DNA of 64,000 nucleotides from the human T2T-CHM13v2.0 reference genome, Homo sapiens, in assembly GCF_009914755.1 (NCBI RefSeq), contig NC_060946.1. One strand, written 5' to 3'. Positions 28,670-44,880 of this stretch are shown here, piece after piece. The notes under the pieces are model-generated. The model saw only the letters and a list, made by a program, of their open reading frames with translations, did not search any database and was not told the origin of the DNA. Position numbers and translations under genes: made by a program. Each line of letters opens with the position of its first letter. Positions within the stretch are counted from its first letter, which is position 1.

Positions 28670-28930
28670 GAGGCAGTGTGGTGTGGGGGACAGTGCTGGG
28701 ACTTAGCAAATTAGAGAAACCAGGATTCAAATTCCCACCTCTGCCATGAGCCAGCTGTGTGACCTGCACAAATTGCTAAGTCTCACTGTGCCTCAGATTC
28801 CTCATTTGTGAACCCAAGAGTAACACATCCACCTAGCAGGGTTGCCGGGAGAACTACAAGAAGCAATGCACACAGAGACTCCAGCACATTGTGGATGCCC
28901 AGTAAAATATGCATTATCGCTATCTTATTA
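28670..28930 (+). mobile_element. MIR
   Basis: ggattcaaattcccacctctgcca...agctgtgtgacct...tgcctcagattcctcatttgtgaa. Confidence 0.78.
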
Positions 28931-30249
28931 CATTTGTTATTATTGTTGTTATTGAATAGCAGAAGGCTCTCATGGAGAATGCCGGCCCCTCTGGCAGTGG
29001 ATGGCACATAGCTGTTAGAGCCAAGAGGGGATAGAGAGATGGCAGCCTGGTGTCATGAAAAGAGCCCAGAATCTAGAATCAGAATTTCTAATTTTGAATT
29101 CCAATTCTGCTCTATTCCTTCGGTACGGCCTCGGATGAGTTACTTAAACACTCTCATCTCCGAAGTGGAAACCGGTATTCCTATCATACCCATCTCTGCT
29201 TGTGACAATCAAATGAGACAGCATATGTGAAATTGGGAAAACTCCAAATCTTTTTACAAATCCAAAAAAGAAATGATTCTCTAGCCCCCTGGTTCATAAG
29301 TCTGGCTGCACATTAGAATCCCCTGCGGTGTTTTTTTAAAAAATCTCAGTGTCTGACTCAGTTGAATGGCAATCTCCAGGAGTGCGGCTTGGAAGAGCAG
29401 GCAGCCACTGAGAGTGGCTGACCTGGCCCAGAGCTCTTGTGCTGCAGAAGAGGAAGGCTAGGCCCAGAGAGGGAAGCAGCCTTTGTACACAGCAGGTTAG
29501 TTACACTCTGGAGTATCCCTCACTCCCCACCTCTGCCTCCTGCCAGGATGAAATTCCAACAGGCAGAGTCTCAGGGATGAATCAGGAAGCCAGGAAGGAT
29601 TATTTGCATTGTGGCACCCTCCTGGGAAACCAGGGTATGCACAGTCAGTGTTAGCCAAGAGGGATATGCCCAGAAGCTCCTCGGCTTGTGGGCACTCACC
29701 TTGCAGAGGTACCCCTGTTCTTGGATGATCAAGAGGCAGGGGTCTACTGGCAGGCAACTCAGAGGTGGTTACTGCAGGCAAGCCCAGAGGAAAAAGCATG
29801 CAGAATGGAAGGTAAGCAAGTTTCGGGGTCAACCCAGCTAGATTTGAGTTCCCCACTCCCACAATCCCCTCCCCACCACCCACCACTGACTAGCTGTGCA
29901 CCATCAGGCAAGCAGAATGAATGAGAGTTTTGCTATTTAAACACCATGTTTCCCTGCTAGGCTGGCTCTGGTTCCTGCTTCTTAAACATGCTTCCTTTAG
30001 CTCTGGTATTCAGTCTACTCCCTTGGATGAATCAGCCCTTTTTGGGAAAGAACAATGTCAGGCAGGCTCCTTTATCTACAATGGCACAGCCAAGGAATTG
30101 AATGAACCAGATTGGGTTGCTTGAAGAAGATCAGGGAGCAAAGGCAGTGAGGCCCCAGCCTCCAAAAAGCTGTGTGTGGAGGAGGCCCCAGGAGCAAGCT
30201 AAAGCCAGGACCCTAGGTGGAAGACCCAGCAACGGAGATGCTGTGGAAG

Positions 30250-30440
30250 GAATTTTGTCAGCATAAAGTTGTGTAACAAAGGAACCAGCTGCCTTGAAAA
30301 GTAGTGAGCTTCCTGTCACTCAGGAGTTAAAGTGGTGAAGGTTGCATGGCCACTGGTGAGGATGGTATTAATGGGATTCATACATTCAGTGGAGAGGTGG
30401 ACTAAACAAACTTGAAGGCCCTTCCATGCTCCGATTCTCT
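30250..30440 (+). mobile_element. L3/CR1 3' remnant
   Basis: gctgccttgaaaagtagtgagcttcctgtcact...gaggtggactaaac...aaggcccttcc...gattctctg. Confidence 0.7.
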
Positions 30441-31568
30441 GTTTTCCAAAGTCTGAAGTCCCACTAACCACATCTGCTAAAAAGAAGTCAGGTAGACTTA
30501 CAAATCCTGACTCCACCACTTGTCGTGTGACCTTGAGCAAGTTTTCTAGTCTTTCTGAGTCCTTTCCCTCATCTGCAATACAAAGATAATCATATCCATC
30601 TCGAATAACTGGGGTGAGAATTAAACCATGTACTATATGCACCGAGTGCCTTGAACAGGCCTTCCACACAGTCAGGTCTGAAATAGCAAAACACCACCCT
30701 GGCCGCCCTCCTAATCTCCAGCAGTAGCTTCCCAGTGGTCCTCAGGTTTCCCAGGATATGTGCTTATTAAGCAGATTAGTGCACAAAACCAACCATTGCT
30801 CACATCCTTGGATGCCCAGGATTAAATGCTGGTTGCAATCTCCCTTCCCATTAAGCTCCTGCCTCGCAGAACCCAAGCTATTTCACAGGGAGGGAGGTAT
30901 TAATAACCATGCCTAAAGGGAAGCTATTGAGAGGGGGAGAGAAAAAAAAGTGGTGTAAATGACCACAAAGAATGCAGGCATGGTGTTTGAGCTGAAAATG
31001 CACATCACAGATTCTGGTCTGCACTGCTAAGCAAGAAGGCAAATTCCTTCCTAGTTGCTGCTGCCAAACATTCTCTCCCCAGGGCACCAGCAGGCTGCCT
31101 TCTAAGCTTGTCTCCCCCAGGCCCATCCTAAAAGTAGGAGGTAAGCATCGGTCTGCTGGGCAAATAGCAGTCAGGGCCAGAGCGACACAGCTGACCCCCA
31201 CCTCAACACCTTCTATGTGCACAGTATAAGTAGGGACCTTCTAGTGGGATTTGAGGGGCCCAGAGCATACTCCCACCTTGGTCCAAAAAGCATCTCCCTT
31301 ATTAATTTACCGTGCATGCTTGAACTTATGACTTTTCCGTTTTTCACTTTCAAAGTACTTTTACTTCTGTTTCCTAAAACTGAATTCCTAGACCTCATTA
31401 AAAGAAAGCAAAATGGTCAAAACCATTTCCCACAGCTAAGAACTCCTAGTTGGTTTAGAAATCACCTCCCAGTTAACCCAGGTGACCTGAGGGAAGAATA
31501 AACGACATCCTTGGAAATTGAGGTGAAACTCATACTGTCCAGGACCCTTCCACTTCTTCCCCTCCCTG

Positions 31569-31600
<32 letters not shown>
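31569..31600. repeat. (CA)n microsatellite
   Basis: Direct reading. Confidence 0.97.
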
Positions 31601-31604
<4 letters not shown>

Positions 31605-31646
31605 CCAGATTTCATCTTGAGCTATCAAATGCCCAGTCAGCCCATT

Positions 31647-32020
31647 TGTATTAGTCCTTTCTCACATTGCTCTAAAGAACTAGCTGAGACTGGGTAGTTT
31701 ATAAAGAAATGCGATTTAATTGACTCACCATTCTGCAGGCTATACAGGAGGCATCACTGGGGAGGCCTCAGGAAACTTACAATCATGGTGGAAAGCAAAG
31801 GGGAAGCAAGCACATCTTCGCATGGCAGCAGGAGAGAGGGAGTGAAAGCAGAAGTGCCATACCTTTAAACAACCAGATCTTGTGAGATCACTATCACAAG
31901 AACAGCAAGGGGGAAATCCGCCCCCATAATCCAATCATCTCCCACCAGGTGCCTCTCTCAACATTGGGAATTACAATTCAAAATGAGATTTGGGTGGGGA
32001 AACAAAGCCAAACCATGTTA
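31647..32020 (-). mobile_element. MSTA solo LTR
   Basis: tgtattagtcc...ggggaggcctcaggaaacttacaatcatgg...aaaccatgtta; perfect TSD CCATT. Confidence 0.93.
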
Positions 32021-32547
32021 CCATTCATTCAAGATGATGGCAGCCAACACTCTTGTCTCACACGTAAGGGACAGCAGTGGCCGAGGGGCCAGGTTCTCTA
32101 TTACCTGACACTATAAATGCTCCAGATGGGCTCATATTATAGAAAGTTAATGACAAACCTCCTAATCAAAACACAAGGACGGATGGTTCCTCTGGTAGGT
32201 CAAATCAAGGAGGGTGAAGGTGAGAATGAATTAAGTATCATCGCATCCATTTTACAGATGAGGAAGTTGAGGTGGTAAGAAGTAACTTGCTCATTACCAC
32301 AGCCAACAACAGATGGCAGAGGTAGCTTCAAATTCAAGTTGGCCAAGCACTAAAAGGCGTGTTATTTTCATTATGTCACATGAGTCCTTACCCAAAAGCT
32401 CAACTTTGCCTACTTCACAGTGTGGAGAGAGTCCAGGTCTGGGTCCTTTAGAAACAAGGCTACTCTGTTAGGCCTGTGACTGTCAAAACTTAACAAGCAT
32501 AAGAATCACCTGGGAGCTTGTTAACCTGCAAAACATAAGTGTGGTCC

Positions 32548-32720
32548 AGACCAGCACTTCTCAAACTTACATATGTACACAAATCACCTGGGGATCTTGT
32601 TAAACTGCAGATTCTGATTCAGTGGGTCTAGGGTTGGGGTGAGACAGCATTTCTAACAAGTTCCCAGATGAAGCCCATGCTGCCAGTCCGTGGACCACAT
32701 TTTTGAGTTGCAAGAGGCTA
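32548..32720. mobile_element. MER5B/A hAT MITE
   Basis: cttctcaaactt...aatcacctggggatcttgttaaactgcagattctgattcag...ggaccacatttttgag. Confidence 0.82.
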
Positions 32721-32721
32721 G

Positions 32722-32935
32722 AGTTAGCCAGTGCTTGAATCCTGGCTCTGCCACCTACTGGCTGTGTAACTTAACCTCTCTGTGGCTCAGCCCTTTCTGT
32801 ATTAAAGATGTGTGTCAATACAGTGCTACCTCATGGAGCTCTTTTAGGATCAAATGAGATGATTCATGTAAGTCACTCAGCACAGCAAGCAGTGCATAGA
32901 AAAACCTCAATAAATGGAGACCTATTATTATTATC
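32722..32935 (+). mobile_element. MIR
   Basis: ttgaatcctggctctgccacctactggctgtgt. Confidence 0.75.
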
Positions 32936-33149
32936 AGTGAGTTTTGTGGCACATTATAAGCTTTCAATACATAAATAAAAATTGTTAGTGTTACATTTTT
33001 CCATTAGCTTACATTTATTCAGCTTTTCCAAGTTCTGTAGTTTCCCCTGGAAATGAATTTCAGAGATAGCAGTTTGCATTTGTATAATGCACATTCATGT
33101 ATATTTCCATTTTAGTTATCAATGCTAATTTAGTGCTGAAAACGACTAC

Positions 33150-33560
33150 GATGTAAAACTTCTGCAATTCCGTGGCTGACTGAGTTTGACTGGCCGGTTC
33201 TTCTGCTCCACATGGTGCAGCTGAGGTTGCTCACACACTTGGGAGCTTAGCTGAGAGCAACACTGAGGCTGAAACGTCCAGGTTAGCCTCTCACCCTCCG
33301 GGGCACTCTCTCCACATGGTCTCTTGTCATTCAGTGGTCTAACATAAGCTTTTTTCATAGCATGATGGCTGGTTTCCCAGAGTGAGTGTTTCAAGAGGAG
33401 GGGCCCCAATGTGCAAATGCATATCGATCCTCTACTTATATTATGTTTACTAATGTCCCATTGGCTCAAGTCAGTCGCATGGCCACACCCACAGTCCAGG
33501 CGGGAGGGGACTACACAGGAAGTGTGATTCATAAGAAGCCACCCACATGAAGTCTACCAT
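33150..33560 (-). mobile_element. Old MLT1 (H/I-like) LTR remnant
   Basis: ctctctccacatggtctct...ctaatgtcccattggctcaagtcagtcgcatggcc. Confidence 0.7.
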
Positions 33561-36047
33561 GATTAACTCATTTTACTATAAGCCCTTTGAAGACAGGAGC
33601 TCATATGCTAGGTGCACCATCGTATCCCCAGTCTTAGAAGATTATTGAATACATCCAATCCTCACAACCAATCCAAGAAGCAATTAAAGCAAAAATATTC
33701 TCCCCATGTGCAGACGGCTATGAGAGCCTGAAGTTGTGTTGCTAGTGAGGGTTGGTGCCCAGGATCCCAGGCTCTGGCCCTCATTCCTTCCTCTCCACTG
33801 TCCTGCCTAACCTCGGAGCTTAAAGCTTTTCTCCCAGCCCTTCCCTCCCTGTGTGACTCCTTTCTCCAAGTCTCCTGGTGAGAAAGTTAATTATTTATAA
33901 ATGAACATTTAAATGCACCAGAATAAGTGCTATGTAAGGGAACCCTGTGGTGACTCATTGAGTAATTAAAATAATCATTTATTCCATAAGCATTTATCAG
34001 GTTCTCAGTTTGTACTAGGCACTGCAGGGGCAGAGATGGACAAGAAAGAGGTCCAAAGAGTTAGAAGATGTGGTTCCTGCCCTCAGGGAGCTAAATCACT
34101 TATTCTTTCATGCCACAGGTGTATTATGCACCTCCTACTCATGTGTCCAACTAAGTACTGGGCAATGGAGGTGAACCCAGCACTGTTTCTGCCCTCAAGA
34201 CGCTCACAGACTGGCAGGGAGTAAATGAGCCCATAGTTGTAACCATTACCCCTGCAAACACAGAAGGGCCTTAACTCTGCCTGGTGCAGAGACAGGGGTC
34301 AAAGAACTTCCCAGGAACAGTGACCCACAAACTTTCTCTGGACACAGAAGTTGACCCATTAGACAAGACCCAGGAGGCCTTACACAGAGCCAAGAAGGCA
34401 GGGAGAACAGTACAAGTCACTGAGGTGGGAAGGGAGGGCTTCTGTCTTCTGAATCCTACATGCAGAGCCAGTTTTCCAAGACACGCAGCCCAAAATTGTT
34501 CCAGCCAAGAGTACCAGCAAGCATTACTTGGACAGGGTGATGCTTCCCCTCTTCATCCTTTAAGACTCTGATCAATGCCATCTACTTGCACAGGACTTCT
34601 CTGATGGCCAAAGTGGGTTCCCCACTTCCTTTGCTATCACGCACCATGTTTGCCCCACTCATGGTGCCTAGCCCTAGCTTTGCTTATGTACTTACTATCT
34701 GTCACGTCCATTCAAATTAAACACCGTGAAGGTAGGGACTTTACCATTCCCCAATATCCTGATTAGAACATAAGGCACAAAGCAAGGACTCTGTTTTGTT
34801 CATTTTCATCCCAAGCATGTAACAGAGTCCCTGGCACATGGTATCTTCCTAAAGAATGAATGAATGGAAGGGTCCTTGAAGGAGGTATGAAAGGGCTGTG
34901 ACTTGGGGGATATTAAGAGTAAATACTATAGTTGTACTGTGGCTTTAGAATAAGACCAATCTGAGTTCTGATCTTGCCTCTGCCCCTCACTCAGGAACTA
35001 TAGTAAAGCAATTTTTCCTTCTCAGATTCTCCACATTCCTCAGCCTGGTGTCAGACATCCTTTTTCAAATCAAACTTTAGAGCAGATATGAGGGTTCTAT
35101 TTTTGACAGGGTTAGCGATGAGGGGGTCTTCTGAGTCTACCAGGGAGGTCAACCTGGGAGGAGCCCAGCCAACAGCATATAATCAACATTGTGAGGAGAT
35201 ATCAACTGCAAAGCCAAGCTGAGTTTGGTTCCCAGGTCATAGCACCTAGGTCCCAAGAGGAGCCAGCAGAGTTCAGTTTGGGCTGATGGAGCACTGAGAA
35301 TCCCTAATACAAAGGGAGTCAGCTACTTGGCAAGTCTGTCTAGGGCCCCAGCCTAAGAGATAGAGAGAAAGGCAAGAGAGCTGTGTGTTTTCACACGTAC
35401 TGACCCCTCTTCAGAAAAAGCCATCCTTACCTTCCACATGGAGGACTTTTATCCATTCTTCAAAACCCCATTGAAATGCCCCTCTTCTCTAAATCTGTTC
35501 TGTCTTTCATACAAAGGTAGTCACTCCCTCTACTTTATTCCTATTGTAGCTGGAGCATGCTTCTACTGATAATTATCATCTTTTCCATTAGGCAGAGAAC
35601 TTTCCCAGAGCAGAGAGTTGGCCTTACCTCTCTGTAGCTTCAATGCCCAGCACAGTACCTCTTGTATAGTAGCCATAATAATCACTAGCTTTTATTAGGC
35701 ACACACTCTGTTTTCAGGATTTTTGCTTAAAGATTTATGTGCATTACTTAATTTAATCCTTACAATAGCCCAGTGAGTTAGGTTCTAATAGGATTCCCAT
35801 TGTATGGTTGAGAAAACTGATGGAAGTAGAATTCACTACATACCCAACGAATGTGTGTTAAATAAACGGGCAAATAAGAAAGTGACTGAGTGAAATAACC
35901 AGAAGTAAAGTTATTTTTTGGCTGTCTTTATCTTCTAGAGAGCAGATAATCACTGGGGCATCCTACTGGATGGAAGTGATCTATACCCATGTGCTTGGAT
36001 TCCTTTCATGTCCATAATGGGAAAAGGGTTGAATAAAATGTATGACT

Positions 36048-36456
<409 letters not shown>

Positions 36457-37237
36457 TTACCTCTTGAGGGGCTGCTCATTCTGGAATTTCTTTCCTTCCA
36501 TAATGCACCCACCTTGGCCACCTGGATGGTCCTTCAACTGCCTTGTGGAGGAATATGCCTGCAACTTGCATCTCTCCTAGCTTGAGTGATATGGACAACC
36601 GTAGGTGTTAATGCATACCCATTTCCACTCCTCTGACCTTTGTTGGTGAGAGCCTTCATCAGGAACACTGTGTCCTGTGTACTCAGAGATTAAAATGGAC
36701 TTCCTCTTTAGTTGCTTCTCTTCAAAGCCTTGGTCTGGTGAATACCTGGCTCTTATGATTACAGCAGATTTGTTGCTCAGGTCTCAGTAAAAATTCTAGA
36801 CTCAGTCTCAGAAACTTCATAAGGTGCTGTTACACTAGTTATGGGCCTGAGATAAAAGTTGTGGCTGGGTGAGCCCTGATCACAAAGAGACAGCATCTTC
36901 TCATGCCCACCATCCAAATGAACTTAAGGTTCTCAACCTGTTCCACCCCCAAAGCTGTGTGCTTACTACCCCAGGAGGGCCAAAGAAATGCTTCCTCCCT
37001 GGCAACAGCTGGAGCCAAAGAAATTGTTTCAACATGAAAAACGCATGAAGGTGAATGTGTAACATGTTAAGCCCTGCAACAGATTTTGCAATAGCTTCAG
37101 ATCAAGACTATGTAATTCAGATAACAATCATATTTGGGCATATTTGGAAGTCTTGCAAATTCAACCCCCTCTATTGATATTATTTAATATTTATTGAGTA
37201 TCCACTGGGGCTAGGCCCCATACTAAATATTCTACAT

Positions 37238-38078
<841 letters not shown>

Positions 38079-38700
38079 TTTTTCACAATCCTAAGAGGGA
38101 ACAACTATTAATATTACTCTCATTTTCCAGCTGAAGACATTGAAGTTCAAATAGATCCAATTGCCTGCGCAGGGTCTCATAGCCATGGGGTAGCGGAGTG
38201 CAGGTTTGACCCCAGGTCTGTGTGACTCCCAAGTCTCTGTATTATTCTGCCAGAATAAGAATCCAGCCCAGCTTTGGTGGGCCAGGCCATCTAACTATTG
38301 GAGCTTCCAAGCCAGGAATCTCAGAGTCACCCCATAGACTTATACCAAAGCTTCTCAGCAGGGCCTAAGAACGCAGACACAGCATCCTTCAAGAGGGAGC
38401 CAACCTGTCACCTGGGAAACGATCCGCCCCTCGACTCGCTACTCAGGCAAGTGTCTGCCTCTCCCATCCATATCTACATCCCATTCCAAATCTCTACGGA
38501 TCCAAGAGGAAACACCCTTCTCCTCCCTTCCCTTCCAGAAACACCCTAAGCTGCTGGCCTCAGCCCCCAGAGCATCAGTTGATGACTTAAGACCTGGAAG
38601 TCACTACCAGAGCACTTTGAACACACCGGATCCCAGGACAATTGTACTTTTCTAGGCCTCCATTCCTTTCTCAGTGAAATCAGGAATTAGATTAGACTAG

Positions 38701-39039
<339 letters not shown>

Positions 39040-39091
39040 TGACAATTTGGCCAGCTTTGGCATTGCCAGATATTCTAGAACAGTCCATTTT

Positions 39092-39293
39092 CTGCTGTTC
39101 AACAGAACTTTCTGCAGTGATGAAAATGTTCTGTATCAGTGCTGTTACATACAGCAACCACTAGCCACATGCAGCTAGGAAAGGTGGTCTGCTGTGATGA
39201 GTGAAGTGAATAGTTAATTGTATGTAAGTTTGATGGATTTAAATTAAAATAGTTGCATGTGACTGGTAGCCACATATAAGACACTGCAATTCT
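39092..39293. mobile_element. MER3 hAT MITE
   Basis: gctgttcaacagaactttctgcagtgatgaaaatgttct...ccactagccacatg. Confidence 0.8.
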
Positions 39294-41231
39294 AGAACTA
39301 TTATTAATAAGATAGCTTCTGGGCTCTGCAAGATATGTAAGGCCATTGTAGGTAATCAGTAATATCATTATAATAACCAACAAGGCATTGAGTAGCTTGC
39401 AGGGCTAAGTCCTCCCAACCTCCATCAGCCACTTAGCAAAGACACCAGAAATAAACAAAGTAATTTTATTTAAAAACAAAATAGTTTCCTATACAAACAA
39501 GCTTCAAAACTGTTTGTCCAGTAGCCCCGCATAAATGCACTGGGTCCCTAACCTCTTCCCATACAGACATTCTGCGGCAGCCACAGCCTCTTGCATCAGC
39601 TCGACATCGTTTAAAGTTTTTGTCTTGCCACATCCATTATCTCTTTGATCCTCAAAACAGCTCTCTGAAGGAAGTCTCATTATTCCCATTTTATAGCCCA
39701 AAAATCTAAAATTCAAAAGATTTAAATGACTTCTACTGAACCAAAGAAAAGTCCTACTCCATGCAATGAGGCTTGAGGCAGTTGGCTGATCTTCCCACAT
39801 TTGGAAATGATAGAAGTCTGGGTCTGTGACTTTTTTAAATAGATAGGTAAACTCTCTCAGTACCTTGCTGGCCTGCAAGTGTTATTGGATGCACAAGGCA
39901 GGGAGAAGAGCTGCAGGCATGGACAGAGAGCAGATGGTGCCTGGCCTGATGGGAGGTGGGCACATCACACAGAGCATTAGGGGCCATGTGTAAGGCTCGG
40001 TTCAAATTCAATGCTCTGTGTGATGTCCAGCACATCTCTCTACCTCTCAGGGCCTTGGTCACCTTCTCTGGATAATAAAGGTGGGATATGCCAGATAATC
40101 TCTAAGGCCTCAGACAGCTTAGGACTTAAGGAATTCATGGAGCATTGCTTGCTCTGAGTCTAGCACCATGCATGAGATACAGGGAAGAAGGAGGCAGGGC
40201 TGCCTTCCCTCAGGAAGCTCTGCCAACTGGTCATTGCCATTTGCAGAGTCATCTGACCTGCGGAGGTGTGAGTAGAGGGGACAGAATGAGACTTAGGAGT
40301 CAGCCAGATCTTGGTTCACCACCCTGCCCTGCCTCTTCAAGCTATACAGGATTGGGCAGATCGCATAACCTCTGAAAACCTCAGTTCTGTCAACTACAAA
40401 GAAGGATCACCACGGCCCCTCTCCAAGGTTGCATTGAGGACCACATGAGCCAACACATGCCGAGTGGTTCCTATCAGCGCTGCATGTACCATGAATGTCA
40501 CTTCCTTTCCTTTTGCCTTATCCACCAACTAACAGAGAGAACACCTGCTGTCTGCCAGAAAACTCCTGTCATTGGTCTTGATTCACAGCAGGTCCCCCAC
40601 CTACTCCACTCTCCAGCCCTGATCTATGCTTTCAAGCCCTGCTGGATCCCTAAAACATGCATATCAGGCCTGCCTGGTGAGTCAGGAGACAGAGACAAGA
40701 AAAGAGAAGCAGGTTAGGATGACAAGGAATGAAGTCTCCCTCCCCAGGACAAGATGTTTAGCCAACTTTTCCCCCCGTCTTGGCCGAGACAGGCTGGAAA
40801 GTTGCTCTCCTGAGGGCTCCCACCCAAAGATCCCACTCATACATCAGCCTTCAAGCAGGAACAGCTCCCACAGCTATAAGGAAGAGACATCTGTCCCTCC
40901 CCTTCCCACTGACACCCAGAATGAGTCTAATTAGATTGTCTCTGCTCTCAGCTGCCACTATGGTTGGTGCCATGGAAGTGCAGCAAGAGGGTGACGTGAG
41001 ACACAGATGCCCAGAAATGTCAGGTATTTGCCAATCCCAGGGGTCAGGCACTTTGGCTGGGATGGAGAACCTGCAGTCAAACCACAGAGATCTGTAGAGG
41101 GTGGACAGTGAGTTGAGGCCCAGATAGGAACTGTTTTTCTGGAAGGAAGTGAATCGTTTTTCAAAATAGGCTCTGAGCCAAGCTAGCTTTTGAAATCTTA
41201 TTCCCCAAATTTTGGATCTCTGATTAGAAAT

Positions 41232-41730
41232 TATACCAGTCAGGGTCTTGGCAGCAAACAGAAACTCACTCATCTGGTATTTTTGAGGAGATTTTTAACG
41301 AAGGGACTATGATGGGTACACAGGGGTAGGCAGAATTCAGACAGCCCAGAGGGAATGTTGAGGAACCTAGGCACTAGCAACAGCAAGAAGCTGTGACCAC
41401 TCCTAGGGCGAAAAGGAAAAAGGAAGAAAAAGTTGCTATCAGGGTCCAGTCGAGAGCTGGGTTCTTTACAAGGGGCCACCTACCAGAAGCTGTGGAAAGA
41501 GATACATCCATCCATCACCAAAACCGCAACAAAGCAGGGAGGACAGGGTGAACTCAGACCCCCAGCATCTCTCTCCTCCCAAACTCCAACTCCCCCAACT
41601 GGCCAAACCTGACTAGAAGTTAAATGGCAAGAGCCCTGCAGTGCAGTCCATAGAGGTCAGGCTCGTGGGGCACAGAGCAGGGCAGAGAAAGAACCAAGAC
41701 AGATATGAGCAGATGAAGAGTATCCAGGTG
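41232..41730 (-). mobile_element. LTR33-like ERVL solo LTR
   Basis: ccagtcagggtc...ggcactagcaacagc...gcagtccatagaggtcag...gggcacagagcaggg. Confidence 0.75.
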
Positions 41731-42153
41731 AAAAAGGGAAAAGCTCTCGATTTTGTCTTGGAGTTCCTGACCTGGGATCAAATCTTCACTGTAGCACATA
41801 TTAGCTAAGTGACACTACGCAAATTCCTTATCTTTTCTAAACATCAGTATCCTTATTTAGAAATGTCCTATTGTCAAATTCAGAAAATTAGAAATAATAT
41901 TTATAAATAGAATTTATAGTTCCTTGCACAGAAGTGGTAAACAATGACCTGGAAGTGGCTAAAAAAAAAAAAAAATCACTGGCTTTGAGATCAGGTACTG
42001 GGTTTCCTATCCTGGTTCCTTCACTTTCTTGTGTGACTTTTGGCAAGCAGCTTGACCTATCTGAACCCAAGTGTGTCACCTGCCAAATAGGTATAAGAAC
42101 ATCTGCTTTCACAGAGTGACATGAATTTAAAAATATATATGAGTAGTTTAGTT

Positions 42154-42466
42154 GCCCAGGCACAGTGGCTCATGCCTGTAATACCAACACTTTGAGAGGC
42201 TGAGGCAGGCAGATTACTTGAGGCCAGCAGTTCGAGACCAGCCTAGCCAACATGGCAAAACCCTGTCTCTACTAAAACACACACAAAAAAATAGCTGGTT
42301 GTGGTGGCGTATGCCTGTATTCCCAGCTACTCATGGGGCTGAGGCACAAGAATCACTTGAACTCAGGAGGAGGAGGTTGCAGTGAGCGAAGATTGCACCA
42401 CTGCATTCCAGCCTAGGCAACAGAGCAAGACTCTGTCTCCAAAAAACAACAACAACAACAACAAAA
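42154..42466 (+). mobile_element. AluS with (CAA)n tail, inserted in a MIR
   Basis: Full dimer; TSD agtttag. Confidence 0.93.
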
Positions 42467-43214
42467 GGAGTTTAGCACAATGCCTAGCACAGACAGTTCC
42501 AATAAATACTTATTGTCTTCTTCTTGTTGATAAAGATTGAGTAGAAAGTATGTCTCAGGTGTGCCTGGAGGCATAAGATTTTCTCATCTTGACTTTGTTT
42601 CCCCTATCAGAGGCTGGTGAACTTGAATTTCAATGGTTCTTCACTCACCAGAGCCTCTTCTAGGATTGGTATTCTCTTCAAGCCGAGACCCATAGACCCA
42701 GGGTCAGCCAGACCAACAATCTTCCTATAAATTTGGTACCCACCCTCCATAATCTGGCTGTTCCCCCACCCCAAGAGGAGAGCAGCACTTGGATTATGGA
42801 TCATGGAAGAAGGCTCAGCTGGACAAAAGAAATTTTGGCCCCTCCATGTCCCATGTCATGATTTCCTCAAAGCACAGTGAATCTAGAGACACAGCCCTGA
42901 AGACCTGGGCTTTGAAAGTCCTTTGCCAATTGAAGGAATGGGTGTGCTCTGACTCAGGCTCACATCTCGACTGTGAGAAGCTTGAGGACTGAGATGACCT
43001 AACCCACCTTGCTGCTCCTGCATCTGACACAGGGCCTTGATGATAGACCTGAGCACCCACAATATGCCAGGCCCTGGGCTATACCAGGTGTACTTCACTG
43101 AACAAAGCAGACATAATTTAATGTCCTCATGCAGCTTATAGACTGGCTGAGGAGTCAGAAATTTTACAAGTAATTACAAATATTATCATTGTGATTGAAG
43201 TTAATGTAGGAGAT

Positions 43215-44500
43215 CCTAGGAGATCCACTGCCAGTTAGAATGCACAAGGACCAATGTTCCTATCAATAACAGAATAAAACACTAGATAAACTCAATATTG
43301 TATTTCTCTTTAAAGTCACACAAGAGTGGTGGATGCAAAAAAGTTTAAATGAACCAAATGCCAGAGAGGAATGAGCCCTTCATCAGTGAGGAAAGAGCAA
43401 CTGCTACTCTCATACCTGGGCCAATTGCCAGGTCTGGATATGTGTGGGTTGAGAAGAAGGCCTGCCATAGGCAGAGGAGCTTTGCTGGAACAAGGATAAA
43501 CCAACCGAGCTTTTAGTGACAATGTGGGCTGGTGTGACAGATTGGAATCTCAAAGAGTCCAAGTGCAATAATAAATCTTTTGGCACAACAGTTCTCCCCC
43601 ACAGGAATTGTGCTGAGCCAGCAGCTGTGGGGGAGGAGCTGGAAAGCAGAGATAGATCTTGCAGTCTTGTGCAGTGCTTAGGCTAAATCTGGAGATAAAC
43701 TGAAATGTACTAAAGCTGCAAATCAACCTCCTCCTAGCCCAAATTCTGATAAGATCAATGGATAAGCCCCTCACCAGTGGCTGCATAGGAAGTTGGACAC
43801 TGGAATAATGGAAGATGAAAGATATCTGTTATTTCATTTGAAATAAGGCGTAAACTAAAACTAAACAAGGTTTCAACTCAGCCCAGTTCAGCTTGATCAT
43901 GGTGGGATCTGAATGATCAGCCTCTCACCCTAGCTTCCTGATAGGGAAAAGAGTGGGCGCTCTCTGGAGAAAACAAAATAAAATGTATCATCTCATTCAG
44001 TCTCTACTGTTCTTTTAATCAAAATGTCCAACACATAATTGAAAATTATGAGACATGCAAAGAAGCAGGAAAATGTGACCCATAATCAAGAGAAAATATA
44101 GTCAATAAAGATAGACCCACAGATGATTTAGACTTGGGAATGAGCAAACAAGAACTTTAAAATGATTATTATACACATATTAAAGAACTTTAGAAGAAAA
44201 TTTGTGCAGATTAGTGGTCAGAGGGGGAATTTTAGAAGATAAATGAAACACTTATAAAAAGAACTAAGTGGAAACTCTAGAACTTAAAATTACAATATCT
44301 GAAATGAAGAAGTCAATGAATGGACTTAACAGCAAAGCAAACTTAGCAGAAGAAAAAATTAGCAACTCAAAAAGCAATCAATGTAAAACCCTCAAACTGA
44401 AACACAGAGAAAATAAGGTATAAATGGAAAGAGTATGTTCTAATATACTATCTATTGACCTAACATATGTAATTGAAAAGGTAAAATGGAATTACTACGG
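43215..44500 (+). mobile_element. Old L1 (L1M/ME) 5'UTR-ORF1 remnant
   Basis: agacatgcaaagaagcaggaaaatgtgacccataatcaagag...aatatctgaaatgaagaagtcaatgaatggacttaacagc; ORF1 disrupted; left boundary uncertain. Confidence 0.7.
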
Positions 44501-44880
44501 GAGCATGTAACCCATCAGCATGTTCCCATTTTAGATCATTAATTGTGCTGCTCCTTTTGCCTGGAACACAGATAGCCACATAGATAATTCCTTCATATCC
44601 TTCAAAATTTTGCTCAAATGTTTTCATCTCAGTGGAGTCTTTCCTGACCACTCTATACAAAATCCGCATTCACCTACATTTCCACTTATAGCTGGGATTT
44701 CTCCACATATTTGTTTTATTTTTTCCTGAACTCTTGTCACCATTCATAAACATGTATTTTATTTACATTGGTTGTTTCTTCTTTCTTCCACCTTAATATA
44801 TGTTCCCTGAGAAGTTTTTACCTGTTTTGTTGACTCTCCAGCACCTAGAACCTAGTAGGTGCTCAATAAAAGTTACTAAT
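44500..44880 (+). mobile_element. L2 3' remnant
   Basis: tttgctcaaatg...ctttcctgaccac...ccagcacctagaacctagtaggtgctcaataaa. Confidence 0.75.

Noticed and set aside
35045-35405. LTR-like stretch (similar ones at about 42560-43030 and 54330-54520)
   Set aside because: Possibly old LTR remnants, but no diagnostic motif or TSD I can defend
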